Shown here: positions 35,501-46,559 of the stretch, piece after piece
Numbering within the stretch: the stretch's first letter is position 1
How the letters are laid out: every line of letters begins with the position of its first letter
Assembly: GCA_964270895.1 (NCBI GenBank)
Contig: OZ185437.1
DNA from: Podarcis filfolensis
Lineage: Eukaryota
DNA length: 64,000 nucleotides
Direction: 5' to 3' (one strand)
Translations under genes and position numbers: made by a program
Notes under the pieces: generated by a model
Databases searched by the model: none
Seen by the model: the letters and a program-made list of their open reading frames with translations, nothing else
What the model was told of the DNA's origin: nothing

Positions 35501-38500
35501 TCTTGTTCAAACTGACTTAGCTGATCTGTTCTCATTTGCTCCCATTCCCAAAACTACTATAATGGACATGTATCAAAACACTTAAACAGAAATTATTCCC
35601 TCCATGGATTAAAAAAAAACTCCCAGGTTACCTCTTTTTTGAATTTATTACAAAATTTCTGTTCCTTGTAGTTTCTGCCCAGCTTGAAAGAACCAGCAAG
35701 ACCATGACCTTTGACCTGTTCCACTACCTTCTCTGCAATTAATTTTTCCAGAGTCCTTTTAAGAATGCGACGGTTTCTGTGTGTGTCGTACTTGTATATG
35801 GCATGGACATACTTAAAAATTGCCACAATAGATGCTCCCTTCTTCACATTCATTTCTTTTATAGCTGTTAAGAGCATCACTCGCAAACCTATTGTGAAGG
35901 CATAAATATCTATGATAAGGAGTTGTGCAAAAAGAGGTCACAAAATAATGTTAAGATTTTAACAGTATTTATGTATTTATTTAGGAATCACTTTCTATAA
36001 AAATATCTCAAAGTAATGGACAATTTCAAATCCAATCCAATACTAATGCAGCACTGACTATTCTTTTTTTATTGATGTAACATTAATTTTCATCTATAAT
36101 CAATTCTGCAAAACTAGTTATTAGGAAAAGTTAACAAAATCAAAGGAACCTATTGCAGTATTTAAAATAATTTTTTGGGGAAAACCCTTAAACATAATTA
36201 TTCAATTGCATGCAATCAATTTAGGACCTGATGTGAAAAGCATCATTATCATATACTAAAAACTCAATAAATAAAGATAAATTTGGGGGGCTTGGTAGTA
36301 AATGCTTTATTCATTACATATATGCTACAAATGATTTTCATGTTAAAAGGTTTTTATTTTTTTTTGAAAGACCACAACCCATTTTTCCTTCGATCTCATG
36401 CGAGCCTCAACAACTACTCAACAGTGTTCCCTAATGTATGCTTGAGACATCTGAATGAGTCCTCCTACTGATATGGGAACCATGTCTGCATCTGTGTATC
36501 AAAGTAAAATGTAACACATGCAATGCTAATACATGGACTTTGGCTCTTCTGTAATATACAGAAATCTGAAATATGTCCTGCAGTACTGATCTGTCAGTTA
36601 TTTTATATTATATTATCAATCTCTGCAATCATTTTTATGCAGCAATAAATGTAGCTGCAAATATGTTGCACCAAATTGGTACAAAGAATAGTAGGAAACA
36701 AAGGCAGAATGTATATACACATAGTGTATAATGGCAAATAAATATTGGCCTGGCTGTGCTGTAAGGCTTTTAAATATTTTGTATTCAACAAAGTTCTACC
36801 ACTCTTTGCCCACAAATTCAAAGTAGTCTAGTTAGATGTTTCTGCAGAAAGGAGCCTTTAGACCCAGTACCAACTCTACTGTGAATGGTACATATTTCTT
36901 ATTATTGCTTCTGGCAAATTAAACCTACTGAAGAACACTTACTAGGATAGTGCACTTTTTCCTTCAATTTAAGTTCCATTTTCTTTATGCTTTTCTTTTT
37001 GCTTCCTTCACTAGGTTGAGGCGGAACAAAGAAGTTTACCAAAAAACCCTAAGAGATAATTTTAACAATATCAGATTTATGTTCAGCTACCATGCTGTCC
37101 TGCTTCACAAAATTAACATTTGCATCACTGAGTCTGACGAACAATTAATGTATCTTAAACAAGCATGCCAAGAATATTTGAATATTAACTACTGACTCTC
37201 CAGTTTTGAAAACACATAGAAAAACTAAGGCTGGGGATGTAATGCTTGCTGTGACAATGCAATGGCAAACAGTAACAATTCACTAAAAATATGGTTAAGA
37301 TTGGTGATATCAAACAGATATCCCAGCTGAAGTGAAAAACTAATATTTAAAGGTATTTAAAAATTTGGTGGTGGGCAGGAGGAGAGAAGAGGGGAAATTC
37401 CACCAGATAAGCAGAAGTCTTTGTACAAAAGGAACGACATCATGGGACAAAATGAGAGTTTGATAATGACCAACATAAAATAGTAAAAGAAAAAGTTAAT
37501 AATAAATTGACTGGGCACAGAGAAAATATTAATTTGCTATTACCAGATTGGCCCTAGTATATAGAATATGAGCTACAGCAATGCACAGGTATGAGGCAAG
37601 GTCTTCAAAACATAGAAAAAAACAAATAAGGTTGTACATTGACCTGAAATTTGTTATTCTAGTAATTTACAAATAAAGATCATCTCTCAATAAGCTTAGC
37701 CTAGTGAATGCTGTATATTTTGCTTGGCCCTAGGAGAAGTACATAAATTTTGTCAACAAAAACAATTTTCCTGACTTTCATGAACCCTATTCTGTGAAAC
37801 TTGGTGCTTCTGGTATCTTCTAAAATTGTCTAATACTAAATTTATTATGCTCAACCAGATTATGTAGGTTGTATATCAATTTGTTCAATTCAGGAGGTTC
37901 AATTCTGGACCAATTTGGCATTTGGTTCTAGATGGTAACCGGTAATCTATTGTATAATAGTAAGAACTTCAGTCGAAAAAAATGAGGCATGTCGAAAAAT
38001 AAGCATGCAGTCTGGTCCAACATAAATCCGAGACTGAGTGGTAAATTCTTGCTCAATTTATACAAAGATTTTAAAGTTGTATTTATTAATGCTGAAGATA
38101 CACTGTTAAGCAACCAGTCCCATGTTTGTTTTTGTATAAATATGCTTAAACTCCCTAGAACTCCCCCCCCCCCTATTTTTAATAAAATGGGATTTGATTA
38201 TGGATGGACATGAAACTAAAGACTTGTGGAAATGAAAAAAATGAATAATTTATTATGAACATAAACATAAAAGAGCAGTTCTAATAAACCCCTAGCTCAA
38301 TGTTCTGCTACCAAGAATGGTCTCTTCTCCCCTCACCACCTACCCCGGCAAGGCCCAAAACACTTCTCGAGTATTGGAACCATTTGCTTCATTCCCACAC
38401 CTACTACAAATTTCTCACCTCAGGTAACATCAGAGCATCCTGTTTAACATCCTTTCGAGTGTGTGTCAGGATAAGGGACAATACTTCTACTGTTTTTCCA

Positions 38501-41500
38501 AGGCCCATCTCATCTGCCAATATTCCTCCAGGCCACTGAGGCCCAGCAACTGGGCGTTCACGAATAATGCTGAAGACCAAAGATTCATCCTAGTTAAGAA
38601 CATGTTATGTGTATGTATAATTTCTGATCACAAATTTAACAGAAGTAAATGACTACATTGGCATTTTCTGAAGTAGGTAACATTCTAGAAGTACGTGCAT
38701 TTGGAGGAGGATCGTGGACAACCCAATCTCTAATATTTAAGATATACACATAACAAAATCCATCATAAGAGTTGCTTTAATCCTAGTACCTACACATTTT
38801 TTTAAGAACAGAAAGGAAACGATATATATTTCATTATCAATCAAGCACAGAATTAAATAAAACTGCTCATTTGCAAAACGAAGCAGGATCCAATATGCTT
38901 TCAAATTGGATGGGGAACCATGTGTTGAGATTTCTGTGTTGCAGGGGGTTGGTCTACATGACCCTCAGGGTCCCTTTCAAGTTACAATTCTATGGGTCTA
39001 TGAACTCACACTAACAGTTTTAATTCCTTTCCCAATCTCTGTCATATTTTCCTTTCTCATCTTCAGAAGTATTCAAAAGATATTTATATAATTTCTTATT
39101 GTTTAAATCTAGGAAATAGTCACATTAAGGCATTTTCATAAAACAAGAGCTGGAGTGATATTTATAGCATTAAACACAATTACTTAAATTGTATGCACTT
39201 TGGCTGTAATAATAAGACCAATAATCCTTACCAGCCAGTAAAAGGATTATAGTACAGTTTTAGTCCATCTAAAGTAATAAACTCTCTCCATAAGAAGTGG
39301 AGTGCATTTTCTACTGAGAGAAAGAAGAAAACAATGAGATTCATACAAATGCTACTCATATGATTTAAATTTATTTTGACTGCTTCTTCGCTTATCTTCA
39401 AAGTTGAAAGTACAGAAACTGAAGCTCCGAGGAATCTTATTTGATCATTCCACAATCCCTCGAGCCCTATGTTCTGTTACAGACCAATGCCCCTTCAGCT
39501 TCTATAAGATTAAATGAACCCAGTACAAATAAGTTACAAGACCCTTAAATGACCAGATTGTAAATCTGGATAACACCACCTCTTAGTACTTTATAGTGTT
39601 TTATGTACACAAATCCTTACAGTAATCCCATAAAGTAAACCAGCATTATTAAGCCCAGTTTTACAGATCAAGAAGCTTGAAAGACAACTTGTCCAAGTAC
39701 ATGCCTAAGACCAACTAGTGGGTTTATGATCATGATTAGATATGAACCAGAGACTTTCTGACCCACAGCTTACTCTCTTAGCTAGTGTGCTATGGTAGGT
39801 CTATTTTATTCCTTCTCAAGATAATCGTGTAAATTAAATAGGAACTATGAATCACAGGTAATCTACAGAAACCAATTCTCAGAGCTCATAAGGTTTCCAG
39901 CATTTAAGCCATCCCCAGATCCCAGTTGCCCTAAATGGAAATTTACATGGAGTACCTACTATATTCCAGACAGAATAATCTAAGATTCAGGTTACATACA
40001 TTTCCTGGCTACAGCATCAAGGAAATAAGCAATAACTAGGAAGGAAATTGCCAAAAATATAAATATGGGAGAGGGGAAATGAAATTTCCCTAAAGGGGGT
40101 TCTATTCATAATTAGCCACTTCTGAACCAAGTGATGCATATTAATGCCACACCTGCTATGTTAGAAACACAAACAACCCTTATGTTGTGTATAAACTAAG
40201 TGCTGATGTATGCAATATGAACATGTCTCAGATCAGCAATTCAGGATGCACAATGGGTTGTATTCATTGGCAACTTTGCCTTAGCAGAAAGCAGTTCTAT
40301 TCACACAAGCAGGGCATCAAATTTTTGCTACTTGAGGTGGGGGAATTATGTGCGACTTTCTTATAACGAATACATTATCATGAATTTCTATCAGTATCAA
40401 CGTAATCAAGATATATATTTATGTTGCCTTTTTCTAGATACTTGCCATTGGTTGGTACATTTTTGAAGTTCTCACGTTGCAGCATCCAGTTTACAGCCTC
40501 AGTTTGGTATGGCCTCAATACAGGAATCAGTGCAGTGTGCTGTACGTTCTCCTTCAAAAACTGAATTTCTTTTTGGTGTGTATGCCTCACATAGTCATAA
40601 AGCTCTTCAATATTTTGCCGCTCTATATCTCTATCGGATTCCTCCTCATCTTCCTCCAGAATATCTAAAAGAACCGTATGGCACTGATTCACAGTCAGTA
40701 ATGTTTGCAATACCTTAAACATACTGCAATGAAGTAACAAAACAAATGGGTAAAAATAGTACCCCTGTACTAAGAAATATTAATCCAGTACCATGTTGTT
40801 GCCAATCTTAGGTACAATACCAAATAGTTCTTGGAGGGGAAGAAGAGAACTTGGGTCTCTTTTAAGATCAAAAACATGACCAATAAATAATACTAGGAAC
40901 TGGCTAGAATACAATTTTTAAAGTACTGAGTTTGTTTTAAGAAATTATAATTTATTTCCATTATTTAAAAAGCTTACAGTACCAACATCAGTTCGCAATT
41001 TTTAAAAACAAAATCTTGATTTCATTCACAACATTTTCCTTGTACTTGGTGAACAGTGAAGGTGATAATATTATAATTAATGTGTTGATTAAATTTGCTA
41101 CTGATGAACAAATCCTCTTGCAGCAGCTGTGATGCAGAAAACCAGATGCTATCCTTTAATAGCCAACCACTTCCCACCCTCACTATATGAAGTAAGAAAA
41201 ATAAGTGGAGTGACTATGAACAGGGATAGGGTTGAGCAGAAGGAAGAGGAACATGTAAGGGCTTGAGCAAATGATGAAGGGAGAGAATGAAGAATCAAAA
41301 GACATTTAAAAATGCAAGGCCAAGTTATTTTTCTTCCACTCTCCTCTGCCATTTTGTGTGGGTCTCCACTGGTAATAATGTGCAACTTATGCATTGATTC
41401 ACTATACTCAATCATCACTTTTTTTTCAACTTTACAAGCGAATTGTGACTATTTTACACATTATGTGCACTTTACACATTATGAGCCAAGAATACATATA

Positions 41501-44135
41501 TTTAACTAAAGATAGACATCTAAAAATGCACAAAACAGAGTTGTCGGTTTCATTTACTCAGCACAATTTCACCAATTTCAAAAGAAAGCATGCCAATTTA
41601 CATGACACATCTCTAGCAATATTGTGCAACCATTGACCATTTGGGTACAGTAGTTCGGACTGATGTTCTCTACAGAGTCTGGAGGTCAAAACATTATCTT
41701 TCTAATAAAGTTATTGCTTATTTGCATATGAATAAATATTATTAGCATAGATTTGACTAACATAGCACAGGTATTGCCTAGAGTCCTAGACCAACAATTG
41801 AATGATAGTGCAGGACATATAGGGATATATTTCTACATGATTCTGAATCATACCTATTTTGCTCTTTATATAAAGGCACACCCAACTCTAGGCCACGTTT
41901 CCATATACCTTTATGTCATTTGGCAGGCATTTCATTTCTTTATTATCTCCAGAAACCTCACCCCTGAGCTGAATGAAGTATGTCCTGTTACTTTGCTGTA
42001 CCAGAGAATGTTCTGTGTATGTGTGCAGTTTACGCAAGTTAAAAGTATCAAAAGTCAAATAATTTATGCTCTGCTTCCCACACATTAAGAGAAGCTAAGA
42101 CCTTCTTTACTCCAGAAACAGTATTTAGAAGATAAATTAAGGTCACCTAAATGTAACACCAAGATAAGAACATTTCCTCCAAAACTCATATATGTGTTTT
42201 AATGGTATAACTAATATGTGTCAATATTATCAAATGAGATTACCTGGAATTATGAAGTGGTAGAATTTTTCCATCAGTTTTTGAATAAGTTGATTAGCTT
42301 TTTTTATTCTGCCACCACCATCACTAAGGAATTCTAGCTTGCTTAAGCCAACTTCAAGAAGATACATTCCAACCTGTGAATGTAATTTTTAGATGAATTT
42401 TGGAACGTGCAAGAAAAGGAGAAAAAATGTGAGAAAAAGATCATAAGCTTATTGGTGACTAAACTGGAATTCTAAACTTGCTTACCCATGAGCAACCCCC
42501 CCACTGAATTTAATAGGACTTACTTCCAAGTAAACAGGGCTAGAATTGCAGGGTTCATAGGTGACCACTTTGGCAACTTGTGGCTGAAGGACCAAATGAT
42601 ATGTTTGTGGGAGATCCATTATTAGATTTTCCATTATAATTATTTTCCCATAAGCACAGCCATGGATCAAAGCAACAATACCCAAGGAAAAACAGTCTAC
42701 CCAATCCCCAGATGCCTTATTTTATTTTTTGCTTGCTTGCTTTTATGTCCCACCTTTCCTCCAAGAAGCTCAGTGGTTCTCCATCTCTCCATTTTATCCT
42801 TATAACAACCCTGTGAAGTAGGCTAGGCTGAGAGACATTGACTGGCCCAAGGTCCCCTAGTGAGCTTCATGGCTAGAACCCTGGTCTCTCAGCTCTTAGT
42901 CAAAAACTGTAACCAATAAATCCTTCAGCCAACTGCTGTTTGAATTATGCCCAAAATCTAGATAGCAGACAGTGCAAATAAGTGACATTTAGAACTCTGA
43001 AAATAATCCTACTTCCCTAATAACATAAACCTTCAGGTGTGAAATGCCAATGCTCTCTGTGGGAGCCCAAAGTCCATCAGATGTAAGCCTTAGTCAAGCA
43101 TAAATTGAGGATTCTACATGTAATCCTGATTATAATGTAAACTACAGCTTCCTGGATACTAGGATATGCTAAACTAAATCTTACCAAAAAAACTACCTAT
43201 AATGTTCATGTTGCAGGCAAGCATTTGGCTTATTTTTAATATTCATTGGACCAATCTTACATTGCAATCCTACACATATTTAGGATTATGTGCATAATGA
43301 ACTCAATGGAATTTAATTCTGAATAAAGATGCATGACAATATCGTTAATGTAAATAGAGACAATTCTCTGAAAATCAAACAGAAAGGGTACTGTTTGAAT
43401 CATATTATGGTGCTGCCAGATGTTCACGTAATATGTTAATTCCAAGTACGAAATAAATGGCTTATTCTTAGCAGTTAGGAAGTCTTATTAATTAGGTAAA
43501 TCAAGTACCTTTAAGCACTGGCCATCTCCGGATCTTTGACAAAGTACAATTACTCTCTTCTTTTGCAGCCACATCAAGTCTTCTAACATTTCATTATTTA
43601 AAGATGATTCAACTAACACGTCTTCTTGGTAAGTGTTCTGTAATGATTCTTCCCTCTCATCGTTCTTTGCATGAATACAGATTCGCAAATGATCACTAGG
43701 TTCTGCTCTCATCAATGTAAAACTCTTTTTATGGACATTCTCACTTAGTTGTTGACCAGGAAGAGGTTGCAGAATGAATTCTCCAAGTAAGGTTTTCCAG
43801 TTAGAATCAGAAATATAAGGAAAAATCACAATATTTAGCTGTATGGATATAGAAGTCAAGAGATGGCAGGAATCTTCTGCTTCATCCAAAATGGTTGAAA
43901 TGCTCAATGATTTTAGGTTGTTTACTTTGAGCGTCGAAACTTCATCAGTGCTATCATCATTTATAACAACATGTGTTGTAAAAGATGAGCTTGTACCTGC
44001 AAGAGGTTGGTCTTCATCCACTGCATCCAAATCTATCACTTCATTTTTACAGTCATCATGCATATTCCAGCAGAGCTGCTTCTTTTTCTCATCATTCATC
44101 CTCGATGGAGGAGCACGCTTTCGACGGCCACTCAT
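10088..44135 (-). CDS. SHPRH: SHPRH, SNF2 histone-linker PHD RING helicase (E3 ubiquitin ligase); spliced CDS of 29 coding exons
   Basis: Exon translations match recalled human SHPRH from MSxRRKRAPP to ADLFxxETEELE*. All intron phases are compatible and exon lengths sum to 5067 nt (1688 aa + TGA; 1687 if the distal NAGNAG acceptor of exon 5 is used). Motifs: [22 protein letters not shown]15, PHD, C3HC4-type [15 protein letters not shown]. Head-to-head with GRM1 as in mammals. Confidence 0.97.
11288..11372. repeat. ~80-bp imperfect-palindromic interspersed repeat; relatives at ~2725-2815, 6470-6550, 11590-11680, 42480-42560, 55700-55790
   Basis: 12-bp stem aagtaagtccta/taggacttactt around a 10-nt loop; recurring tactcagaagtaag..taggatt motif. 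Confidence 0.6.
11455..11535 (-). CDS. SHPRH: SHPRH exon 29
   Basis: [26 protein letters not shown], 81 nt. Confidence 0.94.
12063..12241 (-). CDS. SHPRH: SHPRH exon 28 (helicase motifs V-VI)
   Basis: [34 protein letters not shown]...[12 protein letters not shown](K), 179 nt. Confidence 0.95.
13451..13537 (-). CDS. SHPRH: SHPRH exon 27
   Basis: [29 protein letters not shown], 87 nt. Confidence 0.94.
13832..13924 (-). CDS. SHPRH: SHPRH exon 26
   Basis: [31 protein letters not shown], 93 nt. Confidence 0.94.
14798..14986 (-). CDS. SHPRH: SHPRH exon 25 (RING)
   Basis: [18 protein letters not shown]...CAICRQ...DIPVK, 189 nt. Confidence 0.95.
15293..15543. mobile_element. Tigger/pogo-like MITE
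   Basis: TA|CAGT...ACTG|TA ends; imperfect TIR cagttctactttggttgtcaaac / gtttgacaaccaaggcaccactg. Confidence 0.75.
15567..15640. repeat. (TATC)n/(TACC)n compound microsatellite
   Basis: Read directly from sequence. Confidence 0.95.
15750..15870 (+). mobile_element. Short degraded L2 3'-end fragment
   Basis: Resembles the L2 3' segment at ~4540-4610 (acaagaacgggcctttt..gtggt..tctctgtggagtgctctcccc). Confidence 0.45.
15930..16001 (-). CDS. SHPRH: SHPRH exon 24 (RING start)
   Basis: [24 protein letters not shown], 72 nt. Confidence 0.94.
16404..16444. repeat. (CT)n microsatellite
   Basis: Read directly from sequence. Confidence 0.97.
17038..17318. mobile_element. Tigger/pogo-like MITE with internal 30-bp tandem repeat
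   Basis: TA|CAGTGGAC...GTCCACTG|TA; internal palindrome aaacccggaagt-gtat-acttccgggttt; 30-bp units at 17131, 17161, 17191, 17221. Confidence 0.8.
17693..17794 (-). CDS. SHPRH: SHPRH exon 23
   Basis: [34 protein letters not shown], 102 nt. Confidence 0.94.
18035..18178 (-). CDS. SHPRH: SHPRH exon 22
   Basis: [29 protein letters not shown]...IIEPHE, 144 nt. Confidence 0.94.
19583..19750 (-). mobile_element. Internally deleted Sauria SINE
   Basis: ggtaaagg tail joined directly to the tRNA-derived head (gagctcaccccgtcgc..ttcgaaccgcc..ggtttagaccacagc). Confidence 0.8.
19952..20177 (-). CDS. SHPRH: SHPRH exon 21
   Basis: [24 protein letters not shown]...FEAWKKEYK, 226 nt, aag acceptor. Confidence 0.92.
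20509..20571 (-). CDS. SHPRH: SHPRH exon 20
   Basis: [20 protein letters not shown](T), 63 nt. Confidence 0.93.
20853..21026 (-). CDS. SHPRH: SHPRH exon 19
   Basis: [17 protein letters not shown]...[11 protein letters not shown], 174 nt. Confidence 0.94.
21731..21873 (-). CDS. SHPRH: SHPRH exon 18
   Basis: [47 protein letters not shown](K), 143 nt. Confidence 0.93.
22821..22968. mobile_element. Penelope-like element remnant, internally inverted, with 13-bp TSD
   Basis: ttcacatcacagt at 22808-22820 and 22969-22981; (AAAC)n and (GTTT)n arms in opposite orientation; ggtagccgtgttggtctg and agtagcaccttaaagaccaac segments recalled as squamate PLE termini. Confidence 0.7.
23694..23919. mobile_element. 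Tigger-like MITE
   Basis: Perfect 18-bp TIR CAGTGGTACCTCAGGTTA, TA flanks at 23692-93 and 23920-21. Confidence 0.9.
23985..24092 (-). CDS. SHPRH: SHPRH exon 17
   Basis: [36 protein letters not shown], 108 nt. Confidence 0.93.
24350..24420 (+). mobile_element. CR1 LINE extreme 3' end
   Basis: gggggttggactagatgaccctcaggg..ccttccaactctatgattctatg, same as the tail at 45450-45506. Confidence 0.8.
25380..25472 (-). CDS. SHPRH: SHPRH exon 16
   Basis: [31 protein letters not shown], 93 nt. Confidence 0.94.
25600..25882. mobile_element. Second Tc2-like MITE family
   Basis: TA|(t/c)CGTATATAC..GTATAAGC...GCTTATACTCGTGTATATACGG|TA; repeated GCTTATACTC subterminal motifs. Confidence 0.85.
26731..26819 (-). 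CDS. SHPRH: SHPRH exon 15
   Basis: [30 protein letters not shown], 89 nt. Confidence 0.94.
28011..28132 (-). CDS. SHPRH: SHPRH exon 14
   Basis: [40 protein letters not shown], 122 nt. Confidence 0.94.
30603..30859 (-). CDS. SHPRH: SHPRH exon 13
   Basis: [31 protein letters not shown]...[22 protein letters not shown], 257 nt; weak donor AAG|gttaat. Confidence 0.92.
30950..31113 (-). CDS. SHPRH: SHPRH exon 12
   Basis: [28 protein letters not shown]...KKDVIDQ, 164 nt. Confidence 0.94.
31633..31711 (-). CDS. SHPRH: SHPRH exon 11 (motif III)
   Basis: [26 protein letters not shown], 79 nt. Confidence 0.94.
32521..32549. repeat. (AG)n microsatellite
   Basis: Read directly from sequence. Confidence 0.95.
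33094..33345 (-). CDS. SHPRH: SHPRH exon 10 (motif II DEAQ)
   Basis: [13 protein letters not shown]...[18 protein letters not shown], 252 nt. Confidence 0.95.
33951..34631 (-). CDS. SHPRH: SHPRH exon 9 (linker + PHD finger + motif Ia)
   Basis: KIKTSARVQ...FECICGE...[13 protein letters not shown]...CPHC...[20 protein letters not shown]...RVL, 681 nt, tttag|..|gtaaga. Confidence 0.94.
35632..35888 (-). CDS. SHPRH: SHPRH exon 8 (H15 linker-histone domain)
   Basis: [27 protein letters not shown]...[11 protein letters not shown]...KKE, 257 nt. Confidence 0.94.
36943..37048 (-). CDS. SHPRH: SHPRH exon 7
   Basis: [35 protein letters not shown], 106 nt, tag|..|gtaagt; phases fit both neighbours. 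Confidence 0.88.
38419..38569 (-). CDS. SHPRH: SHPRH exon 6 (helicase motif I)
   Basis: [50 protein letters not shown], 151 nt, cag|..|gtgaga. Confidence 0.95.
38925..38998 (+). mobile_element. Degraded CR1 3' end
   Basis: gggggttggtctacatgaccctcagggtccctttcaagttacaattctatg. Confidence 0.7.
39232..39313 (-). CDS. SHPRH: SHPRH exon 5 (start 39313, or 39310 via CAG/TAG tandem acceptor)
   Basis: (V)[26 protein letters not shown], donor TG|gtaagg. Confidence 0.9.
40446..40664 (-). CDS. SHPRH: SHPRH exon 4 (Q-motif LRPYQ), ends in GC donor
   Basis: [10 protein letters not shown]...[16 protein letters not shown]...VPTN, 219 nt; the only phase-compatible donor is G|gcaagt. Confidence 0.9.
42244..42373 (-). 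CDS. SHPRH: SHPRH exon 3
   Basis: [43 protein letters not shown], 130 nt, cag|..|gtaatc; not in ORF track. Confidence 0.93.
43509..44135 (-). CDS. SHPRH: SHPRH exon 2 (first coding exon; exon starts at 44147 after ctgctag acceptor)
   Basis: [10 protein letters not shown]...GQCLK, 627 nt, donor AAG|gtactt. Confidence 0.95.
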
Positions 44136-44732
44136 TTTTATGTTTCACTAGCAGTGTTTAATCTCTGTAATACAGATTGACATCCATTTACATTTCTGCA
44201 TGGATTAGTATACTTTGGTTTATTAACAATAAAGGCCCGATCCAAATGTATAGGTAAGAATCCATAGTTTATTGAACAGAGAATGAGTGCTGTGTCCCAT
44301 CTCCCCTCTCTCTCTCTCACCCACCCACGAAAAAATATTCTGGGGTTTGATCAGAAACTGTGGTTTAATCTCTAACTGCAAATGGTTTCAAGGCAAGAAT
44401 GATAAATAGTAGCATGTGAAGGAGCCACAACACTTGTCAAAATTATATCTAAAATGTAAGTCCTGAGTAAAAAGTAAATATATCTTAATCAGTTTATGCT
44501 TACAACAACAATATTTTCACAAGATAAATATTCTTCCCTCCAAATTTGTTTTCTAATTCTAAATATAATTCAAAACATTACTATCTCTAAAGGGTGAATT
44601 CACCAGTGGATCTGTACCCTTCATCTCGAAATATAAGACTAGTTAATTATGAAATGGTGTTATTTAAAAATAGGCATGCGATTACAAATGGATGGAGACC
44701 ATGCACCCAAGATATAGTCTAAATCCCAAGAG

Positions 44733-45506
44733 GTACTCATTTATGGTTCCTCGTCATCCTGGAAAAAAGTGACGAGTGGTTCTGTTCTGGGCCCGTTGTT
44801 GTTCAACATCTTTATAGGATGAAGGAATTGAGGGGATGCTCATCAAATTTGCAGATGACATCAAACTGGGAGGAGTAGCTAATGCCGCAGAATCAAAATT
44901 CAAAATAACTTTAACAGATTGGAGAACTGGGCACAAGCTAACAAAATGAATTTCAATAGGACGGGGGGCACCTGGCTTTTTAGCAGTGCATGAGAAAAGG
45001 ATCTTACTCAGACCATACTTGACATACTGTGTCCAATTCTGGGCACTACAATTTAAGATGGATGTTGACAAGCTGGAACATGTGCAGAAGGGGGCACCCA
45101 AGATGATCAAGGGTCTGGAAACTAAACCTTATGAGGAGCACTTGAAGGACTTAGGTATCTTTAGCCTGTAAAAAAGGAGACAGAGGATATATGATAGTTA
45201 TCTTCAAATATCTTAAGGGGTGTCACATGGTGGAGGAAGCATGCTTGTTTTCTCCTGCTCTGGAGGGTAGGACTTGAACCAATGGCTTCAGGTTACAAGA
45301 AAGGAGATTCCAAATAAACATTCGGAAAAGCTTTCTGACAGGAAGAGCTGTTCAGCAGTAGAGAGATGGTGGACTCTCCTTCCTTGGAGGTTTTTAAACA
45401 GAGGTTGGACGGCCATCTGTCATGGATGCTTTAGCTGAGATTCCTGCACTGCAAGGGGTTGGACTAGATGACCCTTGGGATCCCTTCCAACTCTAAGATT
45501 CTATGA
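44733..45506 (+). mobile_element. CR1 LINE 3' fragment in SHPRH intron 1 (antisense to SHPRH), with internal deletions
   Basis: Translates to LIKFADDIKLGG and [19 protein letters not shown]; ends with GATTCTATG tail. Confidence 0.9.
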
Positions 45507-45874
45507 ACATGAGAGACTTGCTTTAATCACCAAGTTAATATGACAACAAGGACACATGAATACCTGCTGATTAACAACTTAAAAAAACACAACCCTGTTC
45601 CTCAGAAAGCTTATATCTGGGCATTCATTCAGAATTTGCCTTATGCCACCTTATACGACAACACACCCTCATTGCCTTAAAGCTAAAATATTTGGACAGA
45701 TGAGGGATGGAGGCAGAGATGAGGGATGCAGGCAGTATTTTTAACTCTTCGTGAAAGGACTATTAATGTTGGTAGCACATGACATTTTGTCTCAAGGAGG
45801 AAATCAGCCACACAATCAAACTTATTCCAAAGGGGTAGTTGTGTTACTCTCTTGGAGCAAAACACACCAAAAGC

Positions 45875-45966
45875 CTTATGGCATCTTAAAAGATTAACAA
45901 ATTAATTACAGCATAAACATTTATAGACCACCATAATAAATTTGACGGTCTTTAAGGTGCCACAAG
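45875..45966. mobile_element. Old Penelope-like inverted-repeat remnant
   Basis: Imperfect inverted arms tggca(t/c)cttaaa..aaatt(a/t)atta, similar to the 22.9-kb element. Confidence 0.4.
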
Positions 45967-46559
45967 ACTCTTTGTTGCATATACTATCAACCATATTTGC
46001 ACTTAACAAATGAAAGCCATGATTAATACATGTACATCAAAGAAGTTATGCCACAGATACAAACAAAACTTGATACATATTTATTTGCATTAAGAACTCT
46101 GGGACCCATCTGTTACTCAGGTCATTTAATCTACATCAGCTGACAGGAAGTGAAATAGGCAAAGAATTCTTATGTGCGCATTCAAAACCATGTAATCTGG
46201 ATTCCTTACTAAACTACAGTTTAGTAACTACTGCTACCATATTTCAAAGTGGAGTAGACACTGGGCAAAGACAGTGGGGTATTCCCCTCCTTCCACCTCA
46301 CTGTATGCTTATAAACAAAGATGCTACGAATATTCTACGATTGTTTCCAACTACATTATCAGATAAATCACGAATATAATAAGCTCTGGCTGTACATGCA
46401 CGTGACATACCAGAAAAAGATTTTTTGTTTTTTGAAGGAGAGAGAAGATTAGCGTGCTCCTCCCAACAACTTATAAGAGGGGCTGTTGGGGGGTGGGGAG
46501 AGTGAGATACAAAACCGCAAGAGAATTATTCATTATATTGTGCATATTATAAGAATATG

